Shown here: positions 42,789-52,889 of the stretch, in pieces
Layout of the letters: each line of letters opens with the position of its first letter
How positions within the stretch are numbered: position 1 is the stretch's first letter
Notes under the pieces: model-generated
The model's database searches: none
What the model was told of the DNA's origin: nothing
The model's input: only the letters and a program-made list of their open reading frames with translations
Assembly (NCBI GenBank): GCA_963744145.1
Contig: CAVUSO010000001.1
Span: forward strand, 704,001 to 768,000
Reading direction: 5' to 3'
DNA: 64,000 bases
DNA from: an uncultured cyanobacterium
Lineage (GTDB): Bacteria; Cyanobacteriota; Cyanobacteriia; Cyanobacteriales; CAWUOF01
Program-made: the position numbers and the translations under genes

Positions 42789-44458
42789 TGCCAGTTATTC
42801 GCTTTTTATTACACACTGAACAACCTATTTTAGCCACTTCCTTACAAGGTGATCCGAATAGTGATGTGTCTTATCCCTATATTCCCGGTAGCATGATCAG
42901 AGGAATGTTAATTAGTCGCTATTGTCGCCAACAAAAAATTCAAGAATTGGATATTCTAGATCAAACAATTAGAAGGCTATTTTTTGAAGATACTACTCGT
43001 TACTTAAATGCTTATCTATTCGATTCAGAGCAAAAATATAGAACTTTGCCGACTCCTTTATGTTTGTACAAGGAAAAAGGAGATGAATTTTTACAAACTG
43101 TTTTTGATTCTAGTCAAACAAATATAGAAGATCGACCCGAATCTCCAAAGCGATTAGAAAAAGCATTTTGTTGGATTGATGAGTATTCAAATATTTCTGT
43201 TTATGAAATTAAGCGATGGATTAATATTCACAACAAACGAAATCGTCAAAAAGGTAGAGGAACAGAAGCTACTGGAGAAGTATTTCACTATGATGCCATT
43301 GATGCAGGACAAATTTTTGAAGCTGTAGTTTTATGTCATAGTGACGAAGATGCTAAGATGATTAAATCCTTACTGCAACTAAAAAAAGAAACAGAAAAGA
43401 TTAACGCTTGGCTTGGTGGTTCTCAAAGTGCAGGTTATGGTCATGTCACTATTAATTCAATTAACTCAACGGATGGTTGGAATGAAATTGCCATTGACTG
43501 GCAAGATAGAAGCGATCGTCAAAATAATTTAACGATTACTCTTCTGAGTGACACAATTATTCGAGATGAATGCGGTCAAATTACGACTGAACCTCAAAAA
43601 TTAGTGGATTTAATTTCAAAACTCCTAAAAACTGAACTCAAGCTAATTGATACCTATGCCAGCAGCACAATAGTTGGTGGATTTAATCGAAAATGGGGTT
43701 TACCGTTACCGCAAGTTCAAGCGATCGCAGCAGGTAGCGTTTTTGTTTTTCAATGTCCCGAAAATTCACTTGATCCTCAAGCTGTTAGAGATTTAGAAAC
43801 TCAAGGAATAGGAGAAAGGAGAGTCGATGGTTTTGGTAGAGTGGTCTTAAATTGGCTCAAAGAAGAGAATGAAATTAGTGCCAAACAAGAAAACATTAAG
43901 TACCATGTCATTACACAGCCATTAAATTATCAAGAGGAACAAATTGCTAAAGACATTGCAGAAAGAATACTGCGGCAGAAATTAGATGAGCTATTGATGG
44001 AGCAAGTCAGCCATAATACACCAGATAAAAACCAGTTAAATTCTGTTCAAAACAATCAACTTTCACGGTTAATGATTGTCACTAGAAATGCTTTAAATCA
44101 AGTTCAAGCTGGTTTACCTGATAATCATCCCCATGACCTGGATGTCTTTTTAGGAGAAAATCGAGAATCTAGTCAAATGACCAAAGCAGGGAAAGAACAG
44201 TTTAGCAAAATTAAAATGAGCAATGGTAAGGCATTTGATGAGCAAATTCGACACTGGCTAAATTATTCAAATCAATGGATTAAATTAGCTTGGCTGAGTA
44301 AACCTGAATATAGTGGCTTTATCACTGAAAATAAAGAACCAACCATTGAGATTAGCAATCAGTCTGTTACTCTAGACTCTAGGTTATACCAAGAATATAC
44401 ATTGCGTCTGATTTTAGCAATTACCAAAAAAATTATGAAGGAGAAAAGCAATGCTTAA
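42788..44458 (+). CDS. csx10: Csx10 (Cas5-group RAMP) with a helical C-terminal extension, probably Cas11
   Basis: YIPGSMIRG, LGGSQSAGYG, GGFNRKWGLP, GIGERRVDGFG, then about 190 aa of helical tail. The ATG at 42788 overlaps the upstream TAA and follows AGGAG. Confidence 0.85.
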   Translation: MPVIRFLLHTEQPILATSLQGDPNSDVSYPYIPGSMIRGMLISRYCRQQKIQELDILDQTIRRLFFEDTTRYLNAYLFDSEQKYRTLPTPLCLYKEKGDEFLQTVFDSSQTNIEDRPESPKRLEKAFCWIDEYSNISVYEIKRWINIHNKRNRQKGRGTEATGEVFHYDAIDAGQIFEAVVLCHSDEDAKMIKSLLQLKKETEKINAWLGGSQSAGYGHVTINSINSTDGWNEIAIDWQDRSDRQNNLTITLLSDTIIRDECGQITTEPQKLVDLISKLLKTELKLIDTYASSTIVGGFNRKWGLPLPQVQAIAAGSVFVFQCPENSLDPQAVRDLETQGIGERRVDGFGRVVLNWLKEENEISAKQENIKYHVITQPLNYQEEQIAKDIAERILRQKLDELLMEQVSHNTPDKNQLNSVQNNQLSRLMIVTRNALNQVQAGLPDNHPHDLDVFLGENRESSQMTKAGKEQFSKIKMSNGKAFDEQIRHWLNYSNQWIKLAWLSKPEYSGFITENKEPTIEISNQSVTLDSRLYQEYTLRLILAITKKIMKEKSNA

Positions 44459-46037
44459 ACTATCTTACAGATCCGATCATCGTCATATTATTCGGCGCGT
44501 GATTGTACGCGGAACTCTATTTTTAGATACCCCCACTTGCTTAGGAACAGGAGATAAAGATAGTCCTACTGATATGCCATTATCACGGGATAATCTGGAA
44601 ACGAATAGGGCATTACTAACAGGATCTTCTCTGGCAGGTGCTTTACGGAACTATTTACGGGAATATAACAAGAGATATGGACATATTGAAGAACGGGATG
44701 ATTTAACAACAAAATTATTTGGCGATCTGTTTGCGTATGAGAACGAAACGGATAGAACTGAAGACCAAAAGATAGAACTCAGAGAAAGAAATATTCAAAG
44801 TTCCCTAATTATTAACGACGCTATTAGCACTAAACCAATACAATCAGAACTCAGAGATGGAGTAAAAATTAATAGTATTACTCGTACTGCTGCTGATAAA
44901 GCTAAGTATGACTTAGAGTTACTACAAGCCGGAAGTGAGTTTCCTTTGTGTTTTGAATTGTTGATTGAGAAGGACAGTGATGAGGCTGAGTTAGGCAAAG
45001 GACTTGCGATCGCTCTCCAAGGCTTAGAACCTAAAAATGGTTCAACAAGTGGTGAAATCAGCCTTGGTATGAAAAAACGACGTGGGTTTGGCCGCTGTCA
45101 TGTTCAAAAATGGCAAGTTTGGAATTTTAATTTGGAAAATACAGATGATCGGATGGCTTGGTTAACTCTTGACCATTCTTGGTTAAGTGACCCACCCTGT
45201 ACTAAATCATCTGCTATTGATCTTTCAATTGTCGAAGCAATGAAAAAGGCTGGTATTCAAGTAGCAGAAATTTGGGAAGATAAACGTGATTGCTTCATCA
45301 TCCAGGCTACTTTTCAATTAGCCAGTCCCTTACTTATCCGTTCTGGTCAAGCTGAAACTGGACGCGCACCTGATGTTGTACATTTGAAGTCTAATCGACC
45401 TGATGAATCAACAGAACCAGTAGCAGTTTTATCAGGTACAAGTTTAGCAGGAGTATTACGCCATCGAGCAGAACGGATTGTCAATACTCTGGAAAAGCCC
45501 ACAACAATTATAGACGAGATTTTTGGGCCAGATTTTAGTAAGGACAAAACTAAGAAAGCTAAAGCAAGTCGTCTAATTGTCCATGAAAGTGTTATCAAGG
45601 ATACTACTGACTTAGTACAAACTCGAATTGCGATTGATCGATTTACAGGAGGTGCGTATCATGGAGCATTATTTGACGAACAACCAATTTTTAGTGGAGA
45701 TGAAACTTGCGTAACTATTGAACTAGAGTTGCGTCAGCCAAAAGAGTATGAAATTGGGTTACTATTCCTATTAATCAAAGATTTGTGGACGAGCGATTTA
45801 CCTGTAGGGGGTGAAAGTAGTATTGGACGCGGACGCTTAAAGGGAATCAAGGCAGATTTGATCCGACATGATCCAAAAGAACCAAAGGGATGGACAATTT
45901 CTGAAGCCAATGGAAATTTACAAGTTATGAATTTAGTAGATCCAAACCAATCAGAAGATTTAGTTAAAGATGAGCTAGAAGGGTTTGTTAAGAATTTGCT
46001 AAAGCTAAAAGAATTAGGAAATGAGGTAGAAGTATGA
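44451..46037 (+). CDS. cas7: Cas7-Cas7 fusion RAMP
   Basis: Two RAMP units: GSSLAGALR...LGMKKRRGFG and GTSLAGVLR...IDRFTGGA...VGGESSIGRG. Confidence 0.9.
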   Translation: MLKLSYRSDHRHIIRRVIVRGTLFLDTPTCLGTGDKDSPTDMPLSRDNLETNRALLTGSSLAGALRNYLREYNKRYGHIEERDDLTTKLFGDLFAYENETDRTEDQKIELRERNIQSSLIINDAISTKPIQSELRDGVKINSITRTAADKAKYDLELLQAGSEFPLCFELLIEKDSDEAELGKGLAIALQGLEPKNGSTSGEISLGMKKRRGFGRCHVQKWQVWNFNLENTDDRMAWLTLDHSWLSDPPCTKSSAIDLSIVEAMKKAGIQVAEIWEDKRDCFIIQATFQLASPLLIRSGQAETGRAPDVVHLKSNRPDESTEPVAVLSGTSLAGVLRHRAERIVNTLEKPTTIIDEIFGPDFSKDKTKKAKASRLIVHESVIKDTTDLVQTRIAIDRFTGGAYHGALFDEQPIFSGDETCVTIELELRQPKEYEIGLLFLLIKDLWTSDLPVGGESSIGRGRLKGIKADLIRHDPKEPKGWTISEANGNLQVMNLVDPNQSEDLVKDELEGFVKNLLKLKELGNEVEV

Positions 46038-46615
46038 GTGAAGATGTGAAGCGATCGCCAGTTATAGATTTTCAAGATGATCATAAATTATGTGAGTGGT
46101 TAAAATCTCAAGCACCATCAGTATCTGATCAAACACCTTACCTACTAGCTCATGCTGAAGATGGTGTGATTTGGGGTCGTTTTGATGACGGAAAATTGAC
46201 AACAGCTAATAAAGTATTTCGTAAGCCAGAGTTTGACTTTCCTGAGTTGCGGTTACAAACTCTGCAACAATGTCGTATTTTTGGACGAGAAGGTGAAGTA
46301 TTACTGTGGAAGTATGGCGAAAGATGGAAATGGCGTTTTATTGAGAAATTAGCCGATGAAAAAATAGAAGAAAGACAAATTCTCTGGGGAACGCATGGAC
46401 AAAGACGAGATAATTTTACTCTACTGTGGGATGGGTCACAAGGATTGAAACACGCTGTACCTTTGATGAATATCGTTACTGTTAGTGATTGCAAACTTGA
46501 TAAACCAGTACGTTTAATTGTTCATCATTATATCAATTATGATCAAGATGGTTTAGCTAGAATTTATCTCAGTCGTCTTGTTGATTTAACTACTCAGGAG
46601 AAAGATAATGACTAG
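46034..46615 (+). CDS. csx19: Csx19 (type III-D signature)
   Basis: LLAHAEDGVIWG, LQQCRIF..EGEVLLW, QILWG, SRLVDL. Confidence 0.88.
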   Translation: MSEDVKRSPVIDFQDDHKLCEWLKSQAPSVSDQTPYLLAHAEDGVIWGRFDDGKLTTANKVFRKPEFDFPELRLQTLQQCRIFGREGEVLLWKYGERWKWRFIEKLADEKIEERQILWGTHGQRRDNFTLLWDGSQGLKHAVPLMNIVTVSDCKLDKPVRLIVHHYINYDQDGLARIYLSRLVDLTTQEKDND

Positions 46616-47066
46616 AATGAGATCAAAAACTGATCCTCTTTACGATCGCGATTTTGTAGCTTGGTGTGAAGACACTGCTGCTAAACTCAGAAGACGTAAT
46701 ATTGATTATTTAGATTTTGAGAATTTAATTGAGGAGGTAGAAAGCTTGGGAAGAAGCGAACGACGGGAATTAAGAAATCGGTTAAGCGTGTTAATAGCTC
46801 ATATCCTTAAGCGGATGTATGTTAACAGCTCTGAAAATTTTGATGGATGGGAAGTAACTATTGTAGAGCAACGCAAACAAATTAAAGGATTATTGCAAGA
46901 TTCTCCCAGCTTAAAACCTTATTTCGCACAAATATTTACAGAAGTTTATGTTGATGCTTTAGATATTGTTTCTGTTGAATATAAGCAAACATAGTTTCCT
47001 AAAACGTGGCAATTTGATCCTGAAATTGATGTAATGCTATCTAAGAAATACTGGGAGGAACAGTAA
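46608..47066 (+). pseudogene. DUF29 family gene with in-frame amber stop
   Basis: LYDRDF..W, NLIEEVESLG, SPSLK. TAG at 46992-46994 where the paralog at 52406 has GAG; the frame continues FPKTWQF...YWEEQ to the TAA at 47066. Confidence 0.85.
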
Positions 47067-49529
47067 ATGAATCCTAAACATATTGATGAAGTTCCAAAAT
47101 TTATTAAAGATGACAAAGGAAAAAATATACCTCGTCGTGCAGTTGCACCTTATAACTTTGTCGAACTTCCTGAAAAAGTTGTTGAAGTGGAAGCAGAAGA
47201 ATTACCCAGTAGTGATCGCTATCACCTTGATCGCCACACAGGTAGAATTGAATGTAGTTTAACAACTTCTTCTCCTCTCTACATTCGCTGCGGACTGACT
47301 CCCGCTAATTTTACTAAATATTCGGAATATTCAAACCTAGCAAAAGATGCAACAGAAGAACAGAAGAAAAAGTGGGAAGAAGAGAAAAAAGAATGGGATA
47401 CGGAAAGACGAACAATTCTTTCTCCATTTTTTACATACCAAAGCGATACTCTTCCTGTTATTCCTGGTAGCAGCTTACGGGGGATGCTGAGGAATTTAGT
47501 AGAAATTATCAGTTTTAGTAAAATTAATAGAGTTTCAAATGAAAATCGACTATTTTTCCGTGCAGTAGCAGCAAATCCTGAGAAAGATTCTTTAGGTAAA
47601 GCTTACAAAAGATATGTCGATCCTAAAAAAGTTAAAGCTGGTTATCTAAAAAAAGATAGAGAAGGATGGTATATTCAACCTGCTCAAGAAGCTGAACAAG
47701 GTGCAACATTTGCTTGGGTTAGGGAAATAACTCTTAACTTGCCAAACTTAAAAAAATTCAATGATGATAAATATGAATCTCAGTATATTCCTGTTAGCTA
47801 TGAAAGTGTAGCTGTAGATAATACAGATAGAGCTAAACGCTTATTTGCTAATAATGTCGAGTTACCAGACACCCATCCCAAAAAAGGCGTGCTTGTTACA
47901 AGTGGAAACATGAAACAAGGAAATGAACCTTCACCTCGTCGTAATCATTGTGTTATTTTTGAATGTTTAGTATTTGAAGCAAATTCAACCTCTCGTAAGC
48001 TAAGAGTAGATAATACAGCAATTGAGCATTACAGTAATGCTCTGACTGATTTTCAGAAAAAATTACCCTTTGATAAAGATTGGGGAATGTTAGCAGAGAA
48101 TAGACCTGTATTTTATCTACCTCCCCAAAATGATGATGATACTGTAGCTTTTTTCGGTCAAAGCCCTAACTTTCGTATTCCCTACTCTCCTGAAAGTAAC
48201 GGTCATGCAACAACTGTAGTAGATTTTATTCCCGAAAATTTGAGAAAATTGGCATCACTTGATTTTGCTGATGCAATTTTCGGTTGGGTCAAGCAAGAAT
48301 CTGAATCAGAAAAACTACCCCAAAATTTTGATAAACAAAAAGCAGGTAGAGTTTGTGTTACAGATGCCTTATATCAAAACAATCAAAACGGTATCTGGTA
48401 TGAAGATAAACCGTTAACTCCTCAAATTTTATCTGGGCCAAAACCAAGCTGCTTTCCACACTATCTAGTTCAGCAGAGTGCAGATAAATCAGAACTTAAA
48501 CACTATACCAGTCAACCTGTTACAGAAACAGTAATTCGTGGTCATAAACTGTATTGGCATAAAGGGAATAACCCAAACTTCAAACTGAAAAAAGTTATTG
48601 ATTCCTCTAAAAAAGATTCTGATACTCAAACAACTCTAATTAAACCTATTAGCCAAGGAGTTACTTTTAAATTTGATATTCACTTTGAAAATTTGAGTGA
48701 TGTTGAACTTGGTGTACTGTTGTGGGTTCTCAAAGTCGCTAAAGATGATGCCTATCGCCTTAAGATTGGTATGGGTAAACCTTTAGGATTAGGGGCAATA
48801 AAGATTGAACCTAATTTATATTTAAGTCGTCGTAAGCAACGTTACCAAAAATTATTTGATAATAATTACTGGGAAAAAGAAGAGATAACCAGTAACGAAA
48901 ATATATCAATTTATGTAGATAATTTTGAAAAATATATGTTAAAAAAACTTGATCATAATGGAGATTTTAATAACTTATGTAGAATTCAAATGTTATTAGT
49001 GATGTTACAGTGGCCTGGGATAGAAGATGTAGAAAAAACTACTCGATATATGGAAATTGAGCGGGATTGCAAAAAGCACCATATTGGTCAATGCAAGCAG
49101 ACAGATAAAAAAACTAATGAGTATAAAGAACGTCCAGTTTTGCCAAATCCATTAGATGTCATGGGCATTAAGATAGAGTGCGATCGCCCGTCTACATTTC
49201 TCTCTAAAAAATCTACTGAGCAAACAACACAAGAGTTTTTAGTAGATCAAATCGTTGATGCTAATACATCTCTCTCTAAAAAATACACTGAGCAAACAAC
49301 ACAAGAGTTTTTGGTAGATCAAATCGTTGATGCTAAGGTAGTTGATATCCAAGTAGAAGAAGGCAAGAAGCTAAAAACAATTATCACTTACGAAATTCAA
49401 TGCTCAGACTGCCTAGCTAAAGAAGAAGTTTATAAAAAAAAGGTTTTTTTAGATGTGGGTAATAGTCTGAAAGTCAGCATTGTTAAAGCTGAAGGAAAAA
49501 GTATTAGAAAGGTGAAGCGTTTTGAATAG
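47067..49529 (+). CDS. cas7: Cas7 with large insertion (TIGR03986-like RAMP)
   Basis: APYNFV, IPGSSLRGMLR, IFGWV, ILSGPKP, RGHKLYWH, FENLSDVELGVL, IGMGKPLGLG; S1/OB-like tail. Confidence 0.92.
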   Translation: MNPKHIDEVPKFIKDDKGKNIPRRAVAPYNFVELPEKVVEVEAEELPSSDRYHLDRHTGRIECSLTTSSPLYIRCGLTPANFTKYSEYSNLAKDATEEQKKKWEEEKKEWDTERRTILSPFFTYQSDTLPVIPGSSLRGMLRNLVEIISFSKINRVSNENRLFFRAVAANPEKDSLGKAYKRYVDPKKVKAGYLKKDREGWYIQPAQEAEQGATFAWVREITLNLPNLKKFNDDKYESQYIPVSYESVAVDNTDRAKRLFANNVELPDTHPKKGVLVTSGNMKQGNEPSPRRNHCVIFECLVFEANSTSRKLRVDNTAIEHYSNALTDFQKKLPFDKDWGMLAENRPVFYLPPQNDDDTVAFFGQSPNFRIPYSPESNGHATTVVDFIPENLRKLASLDFADAIFGWVKQESESEKLPQNFDKQKAGRVCVTDALYQNNQNGIWYEDKPLTPQILSGPKPSCFPHYLVQQSADKSELKHYTSQPVTETVIRGHKLYWHKGNNPNFKLKKVIDSSKKDSDTQTTLIKPISQGVTFKFDIHFENLSDVELGVLLWVLKVAKDDAYRLKIGMGKPLGLGAIKIEPNLYLSRRKQRYQKLFDNNYWEKEEITSNENISIYVDNFEKYMLKKLDHNGDFNNLCRIQMLLVMLQWPGIEDVEKTTRYMEIERDCKKHHIGQCKQTDKKTNEYKERPVLPNPLDVMGIKIECDRPSTFLSKKSTEQTTQEFLVDQIVDANTSLSKKYTEQTTQEFLVDQIVDAKVVDIQVEEGKKLKTIITYEIQCSDCLAKEEVYKKKVFLDVGNSLKVSIVKAEGKSIRKVKRFE
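49193..49336 (+). repeat. In-frame 72-bp tandem duplication in the cas7-insertion gene
   Basis: Copies at 49193-49264 and 49265-49336 differ at 4 positions. Confidence 0.95.
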
Positions 49530-49680
49530 AAATTTGACTCGCAAAAAAGGAAGTCTTAAAGTGTAATTCTTTCTTAATCAGGACTTACACAGCTTCACCA
49601 GACACACTTTATTGCTAATTACAACTCCAAACATAAATGCGATCGCAAAAATTCTCAACAATTCACTAGGAGATTAAACA

Positions 49681-49908
49681 ATGACAATTGAGCAAGCTGT
49701 ATTACAAAACTTACGGGAATTACCTCCTGAACAACAGCAAGAAGTTCTAAACTTTATTCAATCTCCCAAGCAAAAGTCACTCCTGAAACAACCCTACCGT
49801 AATTTGCATGGATTATGGAGCGATCTAGATATGGAAATTACCGAGGTAGATATTGCCGAAGTTCGTCAGGAAATGTGGGGAAATTTTCCCAAGGAGTTTC
49901 CTTTATGA
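49681..49908 (+). CDS. Small DUF2281-like antitoxin-type protein
   Basis: LRELPPEQQQEVLNFI, L.GLWSDL, RQEMWGNFP; RBS AGGAG. Confidence 0.7.
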   Translation: MTIEQAVLQNLRELPPEQQQEVLNFIQSPKQKSLLKQPYRNLHGLWSDLDMEITEVDIAEVRQEMWGNFPKEFPL

Positions 49909-49960
49909 CCGTGATCGCTCTCTATCCACTATGTCAAAATTAACAAAATCAGAGGTGATT

Positions 49961-50587
49961 ATGCCTTTCAGTTCTTATAAAACCATCAATGATGTTGTCA
50001 AAGAATTTCAAATTACCTATACTCAATCAAACTTTATCCAAGAAATAGAGTTTAATATCTCCGACTACTTTCGAGAAGATTTAGAAATAGTGATGCAAGA
50101 TGGTGCAGCAGACTGTTCCGAATTTGCAATTTGTGAAAATCTGATTTATCCAGTGTTAAAGGAAGTTTGGAAGCAGTATCGCCAAAATTTTATTTTATGG
50201 AGTCACAAGTCTCTCACATTCGACGAGAAGCTTTCCGGATTTCCTGAGTATGTACTGGCGAAAAAATCACCATTAGGAAACGTAGTTTTTGATCAGCCTT
50301 ACTTTATCCTCATTGAAGCAAAGCAGGATAATTTTGAGGCGGGATGGGCGCAGTGTTTAGCAGAAATGATCGCAGCTCAACGGCTGAATGAAAATCCAGA
50401 TCAAGAATTGTTCGGAATTGTATCCAATGGAAAATTATGGCAATTTGGAAAACTTAAAATTCATACTTTTACTTTGAATAAAAATTCTTATTTAATTGAT
50501 AATTTAGATAAGCTTTTTGCAGCAATCAATTATCTATTTCAACAATGTGATTCCCTTTTAGATGTATTGGAACGATCAATAAATTAA
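49961..50587 (+). CDS. PD-(D/E)XK restriction-endonuclease-fold protein
   Basis: SE..ICE.LIYP, LSGFPEY, ILIEAK, QCLAEM.AA, GIVSNG..WQF; ATG at 49961 follows GAGG. Confidence 0.7.
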   Translation: MPFSSYKTINDVVKEFQITYTQSNFIQEIEFNISDYFREDLEIVMQDGAADCSEFAICENLIYPVLKEVWKQYRQNFILWSHKSLTFDEKLSGFPEYVLAKKSPLGNVVFDQPYFILIEAKQDNFEAGWAQCLAEMIAAQRLNENPDQELFGIVSNGKLWQFGKLKIHTFTLNKNSYLIDNLDKLFAAINYLFQQCDSLLDVLERSIN

Positions 50588-50608
50588 TCCAATTGGAGGT
50601 AAAACAAG

Positions 50609-50698
50609 GCACTACAGCGATTCATTCAAGCTTTAACTGATGTTACAACTGGATGGTTGGTGATGCCACTATCATTAGAAAATATTCGAGGAAATTAG
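50609..50698 (+). pseudogene. Possible internal fragment of a PIN-domain toxin
   Basis: Start-less frame ALQRFIQALTDVTTGWLVMPL resembles the middle of cyanobacterial PIN toxins; recognised by eye only. Confidence 0.3.
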
Positions 50699-50709
50699 GA
50701 GGCAATATC

Positions 50710-50976
50710 GTGATTAATAAACCTAAAATTGAACGAGATAAACTCATTAAATTTATCCATGAAATGCCTGACAATAATTTAGCTGAATTGGCGATTTTTA
50801 TTGATTATCTTCGCTATAAATCTAGTCAATCTCAAACAATAAAAGAAAGTGATTCTAGCTTTTTAATGTCTATTGCTGGATTCGGTACTTCTGGAGAAAC
50901 AGATATTTCTGAGCGAGATGAAGAAATTTTACAAACAGAAATTACTTCGATCCAGGGTTGTACCACTAATCCCTGA
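50710..50976 (+). CDS. Small antitoxin-like protein (DUF2281-like)
   Basis: MPDNNLAELAIFIDYLRYK, FLMSIAG, TDISERDEEIL; GTG start after AGGAGG. Confidence 0.55.
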   Translation: MINKPKIERDKLIKFIHEMPDNNLAELAIFIDYLRYKSSQSQTIKESDSSFLMSIAGFGTSGETDISERDEEILQTEITSIQGCTTNP

Positions 50977-51029
50977 TTGTCAATCTATCTAAAACAGCAC
51001 TCATAAAATACTAAGGAGATTGATAGACA

Positions 51030-51482
51030 ATGCCAACTAAAATTACAGGATCTCTCTACGAACAGGATTTTGCTTTATGGATCGAGGATGTGGCAGCAAA
51101 ATTAAAAGTACGAGATTTTGATCATCTTGATGTTGATCATCTGCTTGAGGAGATCGAAGCTTTGGGGAAATCACAAAAGCGGGAGGTGAAAAGCCGTTTA
51201 CAAACTTTACTGGCACATATTTTAAAACGGATGTATGTTGACAGTCCATTAGACTATAACGACTGGGAGCGAACCATCCGAGAACAGCGCAAAGAATTAA
51301 GACTTTTGTTTGAACAATCTCCCAGTTTGAAAGGATATTACACAGAAGTCTTTGAGAGCGTTTGGCAAGCAGCAATGTTGGAAGTCTAGGAAGAATATAA
51401 AAAGACAAAATTTCCTAAAGTTTGGCAGTTTAGTAGTGAGCTTGATAACGTCCTCAATAATATTTTTTGGCAGGGAGTATAA
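51030..51482 (+). pseudogene. DUF29 family gene with in-frame amber stop
   Basis: LYEQDFALW, LLEEIEALG, SPSLK. TAG at 51387-51389; the frame continues EEYKKTKFPKVWQF...FWQGV to the TAA at 51482. Confidence 0.85.
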
Positions 51483-51613
51483 AAACAAAAGTTATCCAGG
51501 TGAGGTATGGTTCTGGAACTATGGGGGAAAGTGGAAACGACGATCGCATTCTTCCCTTACCCTCATTCCCCTAAAAGCGATCGCAACCATATCGTTATTT
51601 TACCATTAAGATT

Positions 51614-52030
51614 ATGCCAGCAAAAGACACTTACCATAAAACTGTTAAAAATGCCTTAATTAAGGATGGTTGGACAATTACGCACGATCCTTTAAAATTG
51701 CAATGGGGGAAAAAAGACTTATATGTTGACTTAGGTGCAGAGAAACTGATTGCCGCCGAAAAAGAAAATTGTAAAATAGCAGTAGAAGTCAAAAGCTTTG
51801 TGGGTCGTTCTGAAATTGATGACCTGGAAAAGGCTTTAGGACAGTATGTTCTTTATCGTGATGTTTTGTCTAAACGAGAACCTGAGCGAACTCTGTATGT
51901 CGCAGTCCATCAGGACATTTTTAATGATTTGTTTACGGAGCCAATTGGCCAACTTTTATTAGACAACCACCGCATACAGTTGGTTATATTTAATCCCATA
52001 ACGGAGGTAATTTTGAGATGGATACCCTAG
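51614..52030 (+). CDS. xisH: XisH family protein
   Basis: MPAKD.YH..VKNAL.KDGW.ITHDP, DLGAEK, IAVEVKSF, ALGQY. Confidence 0.95.
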   Translation: MPAKDTYHKTVKNALIKDGWTITHDPLKLQWGKKDLYVDLGAEKLIAAEKENCKIAVEVKSFVGRSEIDDLEKALGQYVLYRDVLSKREPERTLYVAVHQDIFNDLFTEPIGQLLLDNHRIQLVIFNPITEVILRWIP

Positions 52031-52353
52031 AACATTATCGGCAAATTATTGAGAAAGTTCTGACTGACTATGTAGCTGTTCCTTATGCTTATGGAGATAT
52101 TAAAGGACAGGTAGTGTTCGATCGCGATCGCGATTCCTATTTAATTTTAACCATTGGATGGGATGAAAGACAACGAGTGCATGGCTGTATCGTTCACCTT
52201 GATATTATTGATGGCAAAATCTGGATTCAGCGGGATGGAACCGAGGAAGGAATAGCCCTTGATTTAACAGAAGCGGGTATTCCCAAAGAACAGATAGTTC
52301 TAGGTTTTCGTCATCCTGATATGCGACAATATACTGAATATGCGATCGCCTAA
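52018..52353 (+). CDS. xisI: XisI family protein
   Basis: MDTLEHYRQII, GW....RVHG, KIWIQRDGTE.GIA, IVLGF. Confidence 0.95.
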   Translation: MDTLEHYRQIIEKVLTDYVAVPYAYGDIKGQVVFDRDRDSYLILTIGWDERQRVHGCIVHLDIIDGKIWIQRDGTEEGIALDLTEAGIPKEQIVLGFRHPDMRQYTEYAIA

Positions 52354-52405
52354 ATCAAGCAATATATTCAGCTTAATTCAATATTATATAGGAGATTGAT
52401 AGACA

Positions 52406-52858
52406 ATGCAAACTGAAACTAAAGTATCCCTCTACGAACAGGATTTTGCTTTATGGATCGAGGATGTGGCAGCAAAATTAAAAGCACGAGATTTTGATCA
52501 TCTTGATGTTGATAATCTGCTTGAGGAGATAGAAAGCTTGGGAAGAAGGGAACGACGGGAATTGAGAAATTGGTTAAGCGTGTTGATAGCTCATATCCTG
52601 AAGCGGATGTATGTTAACAGTTCTGAAAATTTTAATGGATGGGAAGTAACTATTATAGAGCAACGCCAACAAATTAAAGGATTATGGCAAGACTCTCCCA
52701 GTTTAAAACCTTACTTCATACAAATATTTACAGAAGTGTATATTGATGCTTTAGACATTGTTTCTGTTGAATATCAGCAAACAGAGTTTCCTAAAACCTG
52801 GCAATTTGAGCTTGAAATTGATATAATTCTATCTAAAAAATACTGGGAGCAGCAATAA
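52406..52858 (+). CDS. DUF29 family protein (intact, mosaic)
   Basis: Full-length 150 aa; 5' part matches the 51030 copy, 3' part matches the 46608 copy. Confidence 0.88.
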   Translation: MQTETKVSLYEQDFALWIEDVAAKLKARDFDHLDVDNLLEEIESLGRRERRELRNWLSVLIAHILKRMYVNSSENFNGWEVTIIEQRQQIKGLWQDSPSLKPYFIQIFTEVYIDALDIVSVEYQQTEFPKTWQFELEIDIILSKKYWEQQ

Positions 52859-52889
52859 ATGATTTCTAAGCAGCTCCGAATTATTACCG

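Noticed and set aside
49193..49336. Direct repeats as a mini CRISPR array
   Set aside because: Two adjacent 72-bp units with no spacer, in frame inside a coding sequence.
46992..51389. TAG recoding suggested by two in-frame ambers in DUF29 genes
   Set aside because: TAG ends ordinary genes in the window (28641, 49529, 62331) and no conserved gene needs readthrough; nonsense mutation is simpler.
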